The notes: generated by a model not told the origin, from the sequence alone. Positions 1 through 10,419 are shown, numbered from the stretch's first letter. The stretch is 64,000 bases of DNA from a bacterium (GCA_963644945.1 CAVIQK010000003.1:54401-118400); one strand, 5' to 3'. Made by a program: numbers and translations.

Positions 1-1424
1 GCGAAGAATTGTCCGAAGACGTGGGATATTATTTCGTGTTCTCACTGTCAAGCGGAATAGCGGTAGCCGAAAACGGTGTCATAAATGCCGGCACGTATAG
101 AGCGACATTGAGATTCAACGAAAATCCCAATTATGATTTCTCGTCAATTACCGCATCCACAACATTTGTCATCAACAAAAAGGATGTAGAATATAGACTG
201 CTTACCGAAGAAGTTTATGACGGAACCTATCGCCATATTACAGTGGACGGACTGCCCTCAACTTACCAACAAGAAGGAGTAGAGGTCATCTACACCTATA
301 CATATACCGATAGCAACGGTGCGACAATAACAACCAACAACAAGATAAGAGACGTAGGCACTTACAATGTATCCGTACAAATCAAAGGTGGCAACAACTA
401 TTCTGACTTTGTCGGCAACTGCAACGACTATAAGATAGTTAAAAAACAACTTGTCGTGTATGTCGAATCAATAGTTTCGATCTACCCCGAAACTTTACCT
501 TTGTCGCCTACCATAAGATATGAAGGAATTGTCGGAACAGATGCAGGCAAAGATCTAACTTCGCTTCTCGGTACCTTAAAACTCACCTCAACTGCCGACA
601 ATTACAAGATTCCTGTCCCGGGAACCTATGAGATTATAGCATCCGGACTATACAATGCCAATTACGATATCTCTTATGTATCGGGCGAATATATAGTAAA
701 ACTCGCATCCGGAGTAGAAGAATGTACGGGCGATTTGCAAAGTGCCATAGACAATGCCGAAGGCAATGTAAAACTCTACTTGAAAAAGGGTTCCTATGGC
801 GACATAGTGATTAACAAGGCAGGCAAAACCGTCACCCTTATAGGCGAGTACGAAAAGGACGGTACGCCTTCTACAACGTTCAACTCAATAGTCGTAGAAA
901 ACGGTGCATTAGAACTCATTTCAATAGGGTTTAAGGGTATAGAAAATACAGTGTCCCTTACCGTAAAATCGACTGCAAACGGCATAATCGTCAACAGATG
1001 CGTGTTCTATGGCGAAACAATTTCAGCGGAGTCCACCTTACTCAACAGCGAGGCGATTAGAATAGAAAACGGCTTTTCTGGAAGCGTTACCATAGAAAAA
1101 ACCACAATCAAATATCGTACACTCGGCATTATTTCCTATTCGGCAAGCATCGTTTTGACCGATACGGAGATTTCATACGTAAAACAAGGCATAGCGCTAA
1201 GAGGCGGATCTCTTGTAATGACCGGCACGACCGTTGACCATTCATCCGACTATGCACTATATATCGCAACCAAAAACGCAACATTCAGTTTGGTGAACAA
1301 CACCTTCCACGAAAACGGCGATGCAATACGTTACAATGCTTTGATCGATATCGAGAACGAGACAGGACTTGTCAACGGCAATGTATATACTAACAATATC
1401 AACAATTTCTCGCCTCAAAACTAA
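1..1424 (+). CDS. Surface/secreted protein, C-terminal portion (5' end lies upstream of the window); MBG-like adhesin repeats followed by a parallel beta-helix-like region
   Basis: The frame is open from the window edge; track ORF 9..1424 merely begins at an in-frame TTG with no upstream stop. Repeat units of the type YDGT-YRHITV ... GTYEIIASG..NANYDISYVSGEYIVK match MBG (YGX-type) repeats. The C-terminal half has short repetitive turns (IIVNRCVFYG, IEKTTIKY, LTDTEISY, LVMTGTTV) like pectate-lyase-fold beta-helices. Confidence 0.6.
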   Translation, partial: EELSEDVGYYFVFSLSSGIAVAENGVINAGTYRATLRFNENPNYDFSSITASTTFVINKKDVEYRLLTEEVYDGTYRHITVDGLPSTYQQEGVEVIYTYTYTDSNGATITTNNKIRDVGTYNVSVQIKGGNNYSDFVGNCNDYKIVKKQLVVYVESIVSIYPETLPLSPTIRYEGIVGTDAGKDLTSLLGTLKLTSTADNYKIPVPGTYEIIASGLYNANYDISYVSGEYIVKLASGVEECTGDLQSAIDNAEGNVKLYLKKGSYGDIVINKAGKTVTLIGEYEKDGTPSTTFNSIVVENGALELISIGFKGIENTVSLTVKSTANGIIVNRCVFYGETISAESTLLNSEAIRIENGFSGSVTIEKTTIKYRTLGIISYSASIVLTDTEISYVKQGIALRGGSLVMTGTTVDHSSDYALYIATKNATFSLVNNTFHENGDAIRYNALIDIENETGLVNGNVYTNNINNFSPQN

Positions 1425-1433
1425 TAAACAACA

Positions 1434-4400
1434 ATGAATGACACCAAAAAGTTTCAAAAACTGACGGTAGGTATATTTATTATACTGATTTTAGCTATCA
1501 TGCTCGGGACGACTACGGTTCCGAGCAATGTTGCTTATGCCGAAGAAAAAACATCGGTTTACAACGTTGTCATTTTTTTAAGATTTGAAGATTCTCCGAC
1601 TTTTGACCAAAACACCCTAGAAAACTCCGAGGTTTTCGACATTTATTCCAATGATATAGAAAAGGTTAGAAGCCTAAAAAGATTTTATTACAAAATGTCC
1701 GACGGACAAATTGAGATAGAAAATTATTTCGGTTTTTCCGATTCTTCTTCCACCACTTACTATGTTTATAATGCAGAGGGTGCTTCTTCTAAATGGAATG
1801 AAAAAACTCAAAGAACGGAAAAAGAAAAAGAATTGATTTCCAAGGCTTTACAAGGCTTTGAAAACTCTTATCGTGATAAATCTTTGCCGACCTCTCTTTT
1901 CGATGGAAACAATGACGGTAAAATAGATTCGGTATCGTTTATCGTGCTTGACAATACTCCGTCTTCTAATGACAATTGGAACACTCTAATTTGGCCACAC
2001 TCATGGGATTGTCAATCGATCGGTGTTTCCGATTCGCTGACCTTTTCGGACGGATCTTTGCAATGTGGAGATTATACGTTTACATTTGCGTATCCGCTAG
2101 ACGGGAACTCGAATTTTGCTGTAGCCGCTCACGAAATGGGACATGTTTTCGGTGTAAGTGACTATTATTCATACAAAGAAACATATCACCCTGCGGACGT
2201 TTACGATTTGATGGATAAATCTACTGCGGATATATATTCCCCCTCGTTTATGTTGGTTTACACAAGGGATCGCTATCTAAAATCATATTCGGGAAGAATA
2301 GAAACTTTGTCCGCAGGACGAACAATAACATTGACAGCCACAACCGAAGCCACAACTAGCGAAGACATCGTTGCCATAAAAATAGAAACCGACAAAGCAG
2401 GTGTCTATATTATGGCGGAATATCGTATAAATTATAGTTCGTCGGGCTATGACAATGCCCTTCCCTCGTCCGGTGTAATAGTATATAAGGTTGATGAAAC
2501 CGTCGTAGATACAGACGGAAGCCCCTTAGGCAACATGAATGCCAGAAAGATAAGTCCGTACACGAATCACGAAGTGCTTGTTTACAACGATACGAGTTTG
2601 TCGTCGTCTGCCATGCTAAAAGCCGGACAAAAAAGACAAGGAATAAGAATAGCGCTTACCACCCTTTTAGATATAAATATAAGTGTTGTAGAACTAAACG
2701 GTAGTCAAGCAACAATCGAAGTGTCGGGTTCATATTTCAATCAAGAAACAACCCCTAAAACCTCGATTGCGATAGACCAAGCAGAATATCTTTCGGACGA
2801 AACAAGTGGTCATTACGGAGTAGATGTTTCGCTTACGGTGTTAAGAAAAAGTTTGTTTGAAAAAGTTTCTCTACAACTAGCCGACAAAGACGGCAATGTT
2901 ATTTGCGAAAAAATCGGCTACTCCAAAGATATCAAGTCAACACAATGTTCGGTTTTGTTCGGAGTGTGGCAAGACAACAACGAAGCCTTTTCGGGCGGAG
3001 TGATAGAATCAAAAGAACCGGTATATTTATATATGAGTATATACGGTACCGATGGCACGAAATATGACGTCTATACAAAAGACTCTCCTCGCACCATAAA
3101 TTTAGGCTCTTACACGTGGGACGAAATTTACGGCACTGCCACATATATAAAAGGCACACTCACAATAGATGCCACAAAAGATGCCGAAGGAGTAATTATA
3201 GGGAATGTTAAAGACGGACAGTTTTGTATCGATGACCTAGATGTAAAAATATTTACGAATTCAAAATCGGGTGAACAAGAAATCTCCCTTCTAAGTAGTG
3301 GTGATTTTTATAGAGAAGTTATTTTCCCTTCGACTTATTCGGGTGCGGGTACTTATACCGCAACAATAAACATTTATTACAAAACCGTCAAATTGGGTTC
3401 CAAAACAATAAGTTTTAGAATACTAAAATCTATATCTACACTAAAAATCACGCCGAGCGTAAAAGATAAAGTTAGCGTTATCGGAGACGAGATTTATTTG
3501 TATTTGGAAGACTTTTTAGAATCGTCCATTTCGTTTGATTATGAGGTTACATATCAAGACAATACGAAAGAAACATTCCCTCTTTATATCCAAAAAAGTA
3601 AGGTTTACGATTCTCCTCTCGTTGTCGAAAAGAAGATAGGCGACAGTACGAAAACTGTCAAATTCTACTTTTATGACACCGTAAAAACATTAAATGTTCC
3701 GTCGAGTTTTTACTACGGCACTACGCTTCCGGTAAGCCTGGATGCCGAGTTTTATTCGGGTAAGACTCAAAAAGTAAATGTCGTTTACGGAGACTATAAA
3801 AACAAAAATGCTGTCGGTAGTACTCAAAACGTATCGATTACGGTTGACCTAGGATACGACTACACAAAACTTCCTTATAAAAAAGAATTTTCGACTACAT
3901 GCCAAATAGAAACATTGGACGGAGTCTATTCGATAAACGAAATAGGGTTAGACAAAGAAACTTTTTCTTATGGCGAAACTGTCACCAACGAGATTTTGTC
4001 CTATGTTACATATACATCCTATAAATCTTATTTTGACGGCATCGACGAAATCTCGGTCTTAGACGATCTTACATCCGTTTTGGTTTTGCCTTTGGACTAC
4101 TCGTCGCTTGTCGGCAATATGAGAGAATCGTCCGGGGTGCTAACAATAAAAATTGATAATACAACAAAGAGTGTAAATGTCAACATTGTCAACGACATAA
4201 AGGAAATCAAAAGCAATCTTTCTACCAACGAAAGAAGATCGGTAGGAGATTATTCTTCGTTTGAGTATCAAGTGTATTATGCCAACGCATACAACGAAAA
4301 AATTTCGGTGTCGCTCTCTTCCGGACTAATAAAAATTGGCGGAAGCCCCGTAAAAGAAACGATGCTTAACAGTATAGGTGTCCATCAAATAGAAGTTTTC

Positions 4401-5183
4401 AACCCGTCAAAACCCCAAGAAAAATTATATTCGGGTGTCTTTACGGTGTACGAAGAATATATAAATGTGTCGGGCATATATGACGGCGAAAAAGAAGTCG
4501 TAATTACTATTTCCTATGGTGACTACCCTAATCTTTCCGGTTACACTCTCAAATATACAACTTCAAAGGGCGAAAAGTCTTTCGTTCTTACCGAAAATAC
4601 TTACAAATTAAGAAATGTCGATTCGATTCTAAAAGAAGGTGTGTCGAAAACGACCGTTGAAATTCCCGTTTTGCAAAAGTCGGCAAAATTTGGAGAAACC
4701 ACAATTACATTATCCGTAGAAAATAAAATAAATACCGACATATTGACAGTAGGAGACGATTCAATTGTAGATTATGACAACAGCATCGTCTATCTAAAAA
4801 AGGAAATGACCTACAAAGATTTTATTAAAATCGCCAAAACCTCCACAAGATTTACCATTTATGTCGAAGATATTTTTAGATATGTAGGAGGCAAAGACTA
4901 CTATCTCTATATAAAAAATTCGGGCGGTATGACCGTTGCCAAATTTAGAGTTATTTTGCTAGGCGACGCCACCGGTGACGGAAGACTGGGAGAAGACGAC
5001 ATTTACGAATATGCCAATGCCATTATAAAAGGTGCCGACGATTATATTGACAAAAGTATCGGAGGACTCGATATCGACTCATTTGTAAAACGTATTTTGA
5101 AAAATAATTTAGATCCGTTGACCATTGCCAAAATTTTTGTAAAGGATATAGGAGGGAGAAAAGAATATGAAGAATATTGCTAA
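1434..5183 (+). CDS. Secreted M6-family (immune inhibitor A-like) zinc metalloprotease, 1249 aa, with long beta-rich C-terminal extension and dockerin-like C-terminus
   Basis: N-terminal signal peptide (KLTVGIFIILILAIMLG...NVAYA-EEK). It has the IWPHSW motif and the HExxH zinc site HEMGHVFGVSDYY typical of M6 peptidases. The C-terminus has a Ca-binding dockerin-type loop, LLGDATGDGRLGEDDIYEYANAII. It starts 10 nt after the previous stop. Confidence 0.75.
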   Translation: MNDTKKFQKLTVGIFIILILAIMLGTTTVPSNVAYAEEKTSVYNVVIFLRFEDSPTFDQNTLENSEVFDIYSNDIEKVRSLKRFYYKMSDGQIEIENYFGFSDSSSTTYYVYNAEGASSKWNEKTQRTEKEKELISKALQGFENSYRDKSLPTSLFDGNNDGKIDSVSFIVLDNTPSSNDNWNTLIWPHSWDCQSIGVSDSLTFSDGSLQCGDYTFTFAYPLDGNSNFAVAAHEMGHVFGVSDYYSYKETYHPADVYDLMDKSTADIYSPSFMLVYTRDRYLKSYSGRIETLSAGRTITLTATTEATTSEDIVAIKIETDKAGVYIMAEYRINYSSSGYDNALPSSGVIVYKVDETVVDTDGSPLGNMNARKISPYTNHEVLVYNDTSLSSSAMLKAGQKRQGIRIALTTLLDINISVVELNGSQATIEVSGSYFNQETTPKTSIAIDQAEYLSDETSGHYGVDVSLTVLRKSLFEKVSLQLADKDGNVICEKIGYSKDIKSTQCSVLFGVWQDNNEAFSGGVIESKEPVYLYMSIYGTDGTKYDVYTKDSPRTINLGSYTWDEIYGTATYIKGTLTIDATKDAEGVIIGNVKDGQFCIDDLDVKIFTNSKSGEQEISLLSSGDFYREVIFPSTYSGAGTYTATINIYYKTVKLGSKTISFRILKSISTLKITPSVKDKVSVIGDEIYLYLEDFLESSISFDYEVTYQDNTKETFPLYIQKSKVYDSPLVVEKKIGDSTKTVKFYFYDTVKTLNVPSSFYYGTTLPVSLDAEFYSGKTQKVNVVYGDYKNKNAVGSTQNVSITVDLGYDYTKLPYKKEFSTTCQIETLDGVYSINEIGLDKETFSYGETVTNEILSYVTYTSYKSYFDGIDEISVLDDLTSVLVLPLDYSSLVGNMRESSGVLTIKIDNTTKSVNVNIVNDIKEIKSNLSTNERRSVGDYSSFEYQVYYANAYNEKISVSLSSGLIKIGGSPVKETMLNSIGVHQIEVFNPSKPQEKLYSGVFTVYEEYINVSGIYDGEKEVVITISYGDYPNLSGYTLKYTTSKGEKSFVLTENTYKLRNVDSILKEGVSKTTVEIPVLQKSAKFGETTITLSVENKINTDILTVGDDSIVDYDNSIVYLKKEMTYKDFIKIAKTSTRFTIYVEDIFRYVGGKDYYLYIKNSGGMTVAKFRVILLGDATGDGRLGEDDIYEYANAIIKGADDYIDKSIGGLDIDSFVKRILKNNLDPLTIAKIFVKDIGGRKEYEEYC

Positions 5184-5880
5184 AATTGTTGTCCTCTTTA
5201 TTTTCGTGATGTTGTCTCTTTCTTTAATATCATGTTCAAATAGCGATGTCGATACACTTGCATTTTTAGACGACTACCCTGTAAAAACCACTTTTTCACC
5301 GGATGAAAGTTTCCCCGAGATAAAGATTTTGGCGACAACCAAAAGTGGCAAAAAAGAAGAAATATCGGTAGGGAAAGACATGTTGTCGGGATTTGACACC
5401 TCTCTTTCGAGTGCTACCGAAAAAGAATATAAGATAACCTATAAAGGCAAGACATTGACCGGCAAATATACTGTTTCGGGCAAAGTAAACACCAAAATAC
5501 GTTTGACTTATCAAGTGGAAAACAACGGAGACGAAAAAATAATCACGGTCGCAGCCCAAAACTTCTCCGGAGACGGTTTTTATGCCTTGACAGGGGCAAT
5601 ATCTTACTACAAAGAAGTTGTCAAAGAACTAAACATTGTGTCGTCCAATGCTCAATACGAGGTGGCAAGCGAAGAGAAAAACAATCAGACCTCTTTTGTA
5701 TATTACAACAAAGACGGTACTGCAAGAATTTCTGCGGACTGCGAACTATTCAAAATCAAAGTAAAACATTATGACGGGATCGAAGTATCCTTGACAATTG
5801 GCGGACAAAAAGATTATTATATAGAAATGTCAGAGGGCAAAGGTATATATTACGTGCCGTCTTTGACTATAACACTATGA
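5167..5880 (+). CDS. Lipoprotein with Big_3-like Ig domain, function unknown
   Basis: Signal peptide plus lipobox (MLSLSLISC-SNS). A GGAGGGAG Shine-Dalgarno lies upstream, and the gene overlaps the protease gene by 17 nt. An Ig-like segment (KEEISVGKDMLSGFDTS...YKITYKGKTLTGKYTV) is shared with the lipoproteins at 31166 and 38008. Confidence 0.65.
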   Translation: MKNIAKIVVLFIFVMLSLSLISCSNSDVDTLAFLDDYPVKTTFSPDESFPEIKILATTKSGKKEEISVGKDMLSGFDTSLSSATEKEYKITYKGKTLTGKYTVSGKVNTKIRLTYQVENNGDEKIITVAAQNFSGDGFYALTGAISYYKEVVKELNIVSSNAQYEVASEEKNNQTSFVYYNKDGTARISADCELFKIKVKHYDGIEVSLTIGGQKDYYIEMSEGKGIYYVPSLTITL

Positions 5881-7514
5881 CGTACAACAAAATTATTACA
5901 CCAAATGAATTATGGCAAGATTTCGATACCGAAAAACCTGCCGAAATTTTATATAAAGCTCGAGAAGAAGACCGTTTTGAGTCGGATGTCTATGAGATTT
6001 TGTGGCGTGCCTTTTCCGAGGCAGACGGCAGTCTAGACATCGCATCGAGATTGTATATCCCTAGCGGTGCAAAAGACGTAATAATCTTGACGGAAGATAC
6101 CGAAGGATTAGAAAGAGTCGTAGAACTCGAAAGAGCCCTTCGTCTAGGTTGTGCCGTCATGGTCGTAGATTATTCCGACATGCACAATTGGGGGACGAAA
6201 TTCCCCGAGAGTTTGTCTTATGGCACGATTGAAAAGAGGGGCGATAGAATGGCTCGTTTTGAGCATACCCCGTATGACAGTTGTCAGTTTTTATATGCAA
6301 GAATTTTGTCAAGAGCGATAAGTGTCGCCAAAGAACTATTTGAAGACGGCAAAGTCATTGTTTGGGCGCTAGGCGATTCTGCCGAATTTTGTATTCAAGG
6401 CGTTGCAATGGACAAACATGCCGACGGACTGATTATCGTCAACGGCAACACGTATGAAGAATATAACGATCTCAACCGCTACGACGACGAAAAACCCGAA
6501 CTATCTCAAGAAATGCTTATTTGGTTGTCGTCGGTCTCGGCAATTGCCTATGTAAAACATTTAGATTGTCCCGTATTGTCGGTTTCAGGGAGCAACAGCC
6601 TTGATTGTGATCCCGATAGACTAGAAGATTTCTTCTCGTCCATGAAAGAGTCTTTGACAATTTTGGTGCGAGCCGGAGAACGCAATGCTTTGGACCAAGG
6701 TTGTTTTGCGACAATTTCAAAATGGATAGAAGGAATAAGAGCAGGAAGAACATTCCCGACGATCCCGACTGCCGAAGTCAAAGTCTATGACGGCGGTTCG
6801 GTGGCGGTTTCGGTCAAAGCCGATTCCTCGTCAATGATAGAATCTACAACCGTATATTATGCATTCAATGAGAAAAATCGTCGGTTTAGATTTTATAAAA
6901 AATGCCCCACCACGTGTATTTCAATGGCGGGCGAATATATGGCGAATTTCAAATTAGGTGGCAATGCTACATCTGTTTTTGTGTATGCTACCGTCAATTA
7001 TTTGGACGGACTCTCGATTTCCTCATTTATGAATTACGAGCCACTCACCGAGAGCCACTCCGACATTGCTAGACACAACGTGGTTTTGTCGGGTGCCAAA
7101 TCTTACGATGAATTCGAAATAGATCGCAATTCTTTTCTCTTGATAGAAAACGAGAAAAAGATTATAACAACCGGACTCGGCCTAAAAGGCGTGGCTGCCA
7201 AAAACGGAGGTCTGCGTACTTTTTCGGTAAATGACGGAGAAATTGGCGAAAATGCATCCATTTTGCAAATGGATTTTTATAGCGAAAAACAAAAAATGGT
7301 TGTCGTCGAAATCGAAAAATGCGAAGACGGCATACTTACAAAGTACTCCGCAAGTGCCGAAATAGGAGGATCTACCAAGGTGTTTATTCCGGTTAGATTT
7401 TCTCCGAGCGACTTCAAGACAAAGGACCGTATCCCCCTAGAAGACTTCAATGACCTAAAAAGTCTGTCTATTCTTACCCCGGGAGTAGGAGTGGGCAATA
7501 TTTTATTCGTATGA
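5877..7514 (+). CDS. Hypothetical protein, 545 aa; possible alpha/beta-hydrolase-like N-terminal half (weak)
   Basis: Long ORF with ATGA start/stop overlaps at both ends (5877 and 7511). The N-terminal half loosely resembles esterase/dienelactone-hydrolase folds (VIILTED...VMVVDYSD...VIVWALGDSAEF), but no clean GxSxG nucleophile elbow is visible. No signal peptide. Confidence 0.5.
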   Translation: MTYNKIITPNELWQDFDTEKPAEILYKAREEDRFESDVYEILWRAFSEADGSLDIASRLYIPSGAKDVIILTEDTEGLERVVELERALRLGCAVMVVDYSDMHNWGTKFPESLSYGTIEKRGDRMARFEHTPYDSCQFLYARILSRAISVAKELFEDGKVIVWALGDSAEFCIQGVAMDKHADGLIIVNGNTYEEYNDLNRYDDEKPELSQEMLIWLSSVSAIAYVKHLDCPVLSVSGSNSLDCDPDRLEDFFSSMKESLTILVRAGERNALDQGCFATISKWIEGIRAGRTFPTIPTAEVKVYDGGSVAVSVKADSSSMIESTTVYYAFNEKNRRFRFYKKCPTTCISMAGEYMANFKLGGNATSVFVYATVNYLDGLSISSFMNYEPLTESHSDIARHNVVLSGAKSYDEFEIDRNSFLLIENEKKIITTGLGLKGVAAKNGGLRTFSVNDGEIGENASILQMDFYSEKQKMVVVEIEKCEDGILTKYSASAEIGGSTKVFIPVRFSPSDFKTKDRIPLEDFNDLKSLSILTPGVGVGNILFV

Positions 7515-8077
7515 AAATAGAATCGAAAAGCATAAAAGGATTTATAATTTTTGCTTTAATACTTATTATAATTGTCGCTTTGGCATTTTTCATGTTTGCG
7601 ACGATTGACGTTGAAGGCAAGTCAATGCAACCCACCATTGAGGACGGGGATAAAATTTTTCTAATACGAAAATTTGTAGAATATAAAAAGGGCGATGTCG
7701 TGGTATTTATCGGAAGCGACAACAAAGCACTCGTAAAGAGAATTATTGCAACCGAAGGCGACACCGTAGAACTCAAAAAAGACGAAAACGGCACCTTTAG
7801 ATATTATGTCAACAGTGTCCTAGTAGAAGACGAATATGTAAATTTGTCGACATATACATCCCCTACCGCAACAAAATTTGAATATAAAATAGTGGTCCCC
7901 GACGACGAATTTTTTTATCTGGGGGACAACAGACTCGTGTCAAAAGACAGTAGCGAAATTTCCAAAAACGACGACGGCACTCTAAGTGTCACGTTCGGCA
8001 TTTATGAAAATATAATCGGTAAGGTTTTATTTAGATATAATTTTGACGGCAAATTTGTCGTAAAAGGCGTCGAATAA
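7511..8077 (+). CDS. lepB: Signal peptidase I (S26, P-type Ser-Lys dyad)
   Basis: N-terminal TM anchor, catalytic Ser box GKSMQPTI, Lys box LVKRIIATEGDTV, and box E YLGDNRLVSKDS. Confidence 0.85.
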   Translation: MKIESKSIKGFIIFALILIIIVALAFFMFATIDVEGKSMQPTIEDGDKIFLIRKFVEYKKGDVVVFIGSDNKALVKRIIATEGDTVELKKDENGTFRYYVNSVLVEDEYVNLSTYTSPTATKFEYKIVVPDDEFFYLGDNRLVSKDSSEISKNDDGTLSVTFGIYENIIGKVLFRYNFDGKFVVKGVE

Positions 8078-8078
8078 T

Positions 8079-8987
8079 CTAGCGACGCAAATCTTTCCCT
8101 GTAAGTTCCAACATAACCGCTCCTCTTAGACGAGAGAAAATTCTTTCGTCGTACCTATCTAGGAGCATGTCGGGAGACAAATTTGTGGTTATAAAAGTGG
8201 CTTTCTTTTGTCTTTCGGTAAAGAGATTATATAGGTACTCGCAAGTCACGTTTTTGTAGATTTGTTCAACACCTAGATCGTCTATAAACAAAACATCCGC
8301 ATCATAAATTTCAGAAAGCATAGAGAATTGATCTTTGATATAAGAGGTGTGCGCTTTCAAAAACAACTTGTTGAGAGAAAATGCGTTGAAGAATGCGACG
8401 TTAAATCCTTCCTTGATAAGGTAGGTTGCAAGTATACTCAATAGGTAGGTTTTTCCGACACCGGTTTTTCCTGATATGGTTATCAAATTCTTTGTGATAT
8501 TAGGAAAATTTTCTCCCCATTTTTTCACAAATGTAAAGACTTTTTCGGCATTGATTTTATCTTGACCTTGATATTTTTCTAAATCAAAATCGTCAAAAGT
8601 TTTTCCGAAAACTTGTATATCGCAAGACTCTTCGGCGATACGTTTTATGTCGGGAATAACACAGTCGCAAAGTCTTCCGTCGATTACGCCTTGATCGTTA
8701 CAAAGTGTACAGTGCGGTGTATGTTTTAGATCGCTTTCCGTTTTTCCGTATTTTGCAAGTTGCTTAAAATATTCGGTTTCGGCTTCCTTAAGTCTTGTTT
8801 CGGCAACCGAAACATCGGAGTTAAAGATATCGGCTCTGGCTTTATCGAATTGTGCCGATCTAAAATTTCCTCTTGCCGATTTGAAATTCGGATCCTTTTC
8901 GAGTTCCTCGATTTCTTTTGCTATTCTAAATTCGTCAAGTTCTCTCTGTTCTTTTTTTATAGACTTTGCAATTTTTACGTAATCCAT
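8079..8987 (-). CDS. Replicative helicase loader, DnaI/DnaC-like AAA+ ATPase
   Basis: Walker A GKTGVGKTYL and Walker B VLFIDDLG. The N-terminal Cys cluster (HCTLCNDQG...LCDC) resembles the DnaI zinc domain. It sits directly downstream of a DnaD-domain gene with a 1-nt gap. Confidence 0.75.
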   Translation of the reverse strand: MDYVKIAKSIKKEQRELDEFRIAKEIEELEKDPNFKSARGNFRSAQFDKARADIFNSDVSVAETRLKEAETEYFKQLAKYGKTESDLKHTPHCTLCNDQGVIDGRLCDCVIPDIKRIAEESCDIQVFGKTFDDFDLEKYQGQDKINAEKVFTFVKKWGENFPNITKNLITISGKTGVGKTYLLSILATYLIKEGFNVAFFNAFSLNKLFLKAHTSYIKDQFSMLSEIYDADVLFIDDLGVEQIYKNVTCEYLYNLFTERQKKATFITTNLSPDMLLDRYDERIFSRLRGAVMLELTGKDLRR

Positions 8988-8988
8988 T

Positions 8989-10419
8989 TTATACCTCTAT
9001 ATCGTTAAGATCGGTAAAGACTCCGGCAAGTTCGTCTTTCGTGTAGTCCCTTCTTTGCATAGGTGCTTTTGTAGGAGTGTTTTGGTTGAGTTTTTCAAAT
9101 TTTTCTTTGGCTTCTTCGAGGCTTACCGAAGGCGTATCTTTTACGGCAATAAGCATTCTGTTCATTTGCGAAAACGGGAAGTTTCTGCCTATACACATTT
9201 TTGCCGAAAGTTCTATTACGTCATAAGGTAGTCCCCATTCCGAAGTCCATGTTGAATAAAATTCTCTGTCCCTTGCCGTCACATATCTAGATGCTCCTGC
9301 CGTCTCCAAAAGATCTTTGATTTCATCGTCGGTAGAAACTTTTTTCAGTACGTATTGGTCGATTGCCTCTTTAGTGACGAGTCCGAGTTTATAAAACTTT
9401 TTAACTACCTCGTTGAGTCCGTCAAGAGTTTTAACATTGGATATGAACGAATAATGCGCAAGCGATAAAAGTGCATCTTCTGTAAAACCTTCCTCCTCCC
9501 AAGGACGAATATAGGTGTTTACTACGACATCAAGATCCGCATAGTAAGCCCCGATACCTTTAAGAACATTTTGTGCGGTTTTGGTGAGATCTTTTTTCAT
9601 CTTACCGTATTCGTCAATTTCGTAAGGGGTATGCGCTCCCGAACGTTTTAATTCTGTCATAAGGTTATCGAGTTTAGTAAGCCCACCTTTCTTTTTAAGA
9701 AGTCTTGCCGCCGTCAATATTCCGTCATGACCGAATCCCATTTCGATCCATTTTCTGTATAAGTCTCTCGCATCTATATCGGGAGCAGATTTTAGTCCCA
9801 ATGTCTCGTAAACCATTCGCAGTTCTTCACTGTTGTTTTCGAGTTGTTCGATTTTCCCTTCGGCATCCTTATACGTCTTGATGCCTTCGTTTATCCATGT
9901 GTTGGCAACCGCCAAAATATAAGAAGTGCTTATTTTTTCGTTTTTATATCTCTTGCAATATTCCATTATGACGAGTAGTGCATTTGGCTCTATTCCCGAG
10001 AACTCTATTAGTTCAAAATATCTGTTAAGTTCTTGCGGTGTAAGAAAACGATCGGGGAAAATTCTCGTAATATCCTCTACAAAAGACGCATACTTTTTAA
10101 CATCGTAATTGACGATTTTCGGCATAGGATTTTTTGGTGAAACGTAAGTAAGACTTATCGGTTCCGATTTTGAATTCATTATAAGTCCTTCTTTCTCCCA
10201 ATAAAGGAAGGCTTCTCTTACACGTTCCTCGGACATTTTGAGATTAAAAGCAATACTTTCTATGGTGGTGTCTTCTCCCGCATAGAGAGATTTAAGTCCG
10301 GTCAAATACACTTTGACGAAATCTCCGTCGGCAGAGGGCAAATACCCCGCAATGAAAATATTATCTACGGGAGTGAATCCGTTTTTGATTATATCGGAAT
10401 GCAGTTTTAGTTGCGACAT
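8989..10419 (-). CDS. DnaD-domain replication initiation/membrane attachment protein (DnaB/DnaD-like)
   Basis: Repeated DnaD-like C-terminal domain segments (YFELIEFSG..ALLVIMEYC; VYETLGL...DLYRKWIEMGF; LLSLAHYSF). I moved the start to the ATG at 10419 (MSQLKLHS), which is preceded by GAGGTGAA. The track start at 10482 adds an implausible hydrophobic extension. Confidence 0.7.
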   Translation of the reverse strand: MSQLKLHSDIIKNGFTPVDNIFIAGYLPSADGDFVKVYLTGLKSLYAGEDTTIESIAFNLKMSEERVREAFLYWEKEGLIMNSKSEPISLTYVSPKNPMPKIVNYDVKKYASFVEDITRIFPDRFLTPQELNRYFELIEFSGIEPNALLVIMEYCKRYKNEKISTSYILAVANTWINEGIKTYKDAEGKIEQLENNSEELRMVYETLGLKSAPDIDARDLYRKWIEMGFGHDGILTAARLLKKKGGLTKLDNLMTELKRSGAHTPYEIDEYGKMKKDLTKTAQNVLKGIGAYYADLDVVVNTYIRPWEEEGFTEDALLSLAHYSFISNVKTLDGLNEVVKKFYKLGLVTKEAIDQYVLKKVSTDDEIKDLLETAGASRYVTARDREFYSTWTSEWGLPYDVIELSAKMCIGRNFPFSQMNRMLIAVKDTPSVSLEEAKEKFEKLNQNTPTKAPMQRRDYTKDELAGVFTDLNDIEV

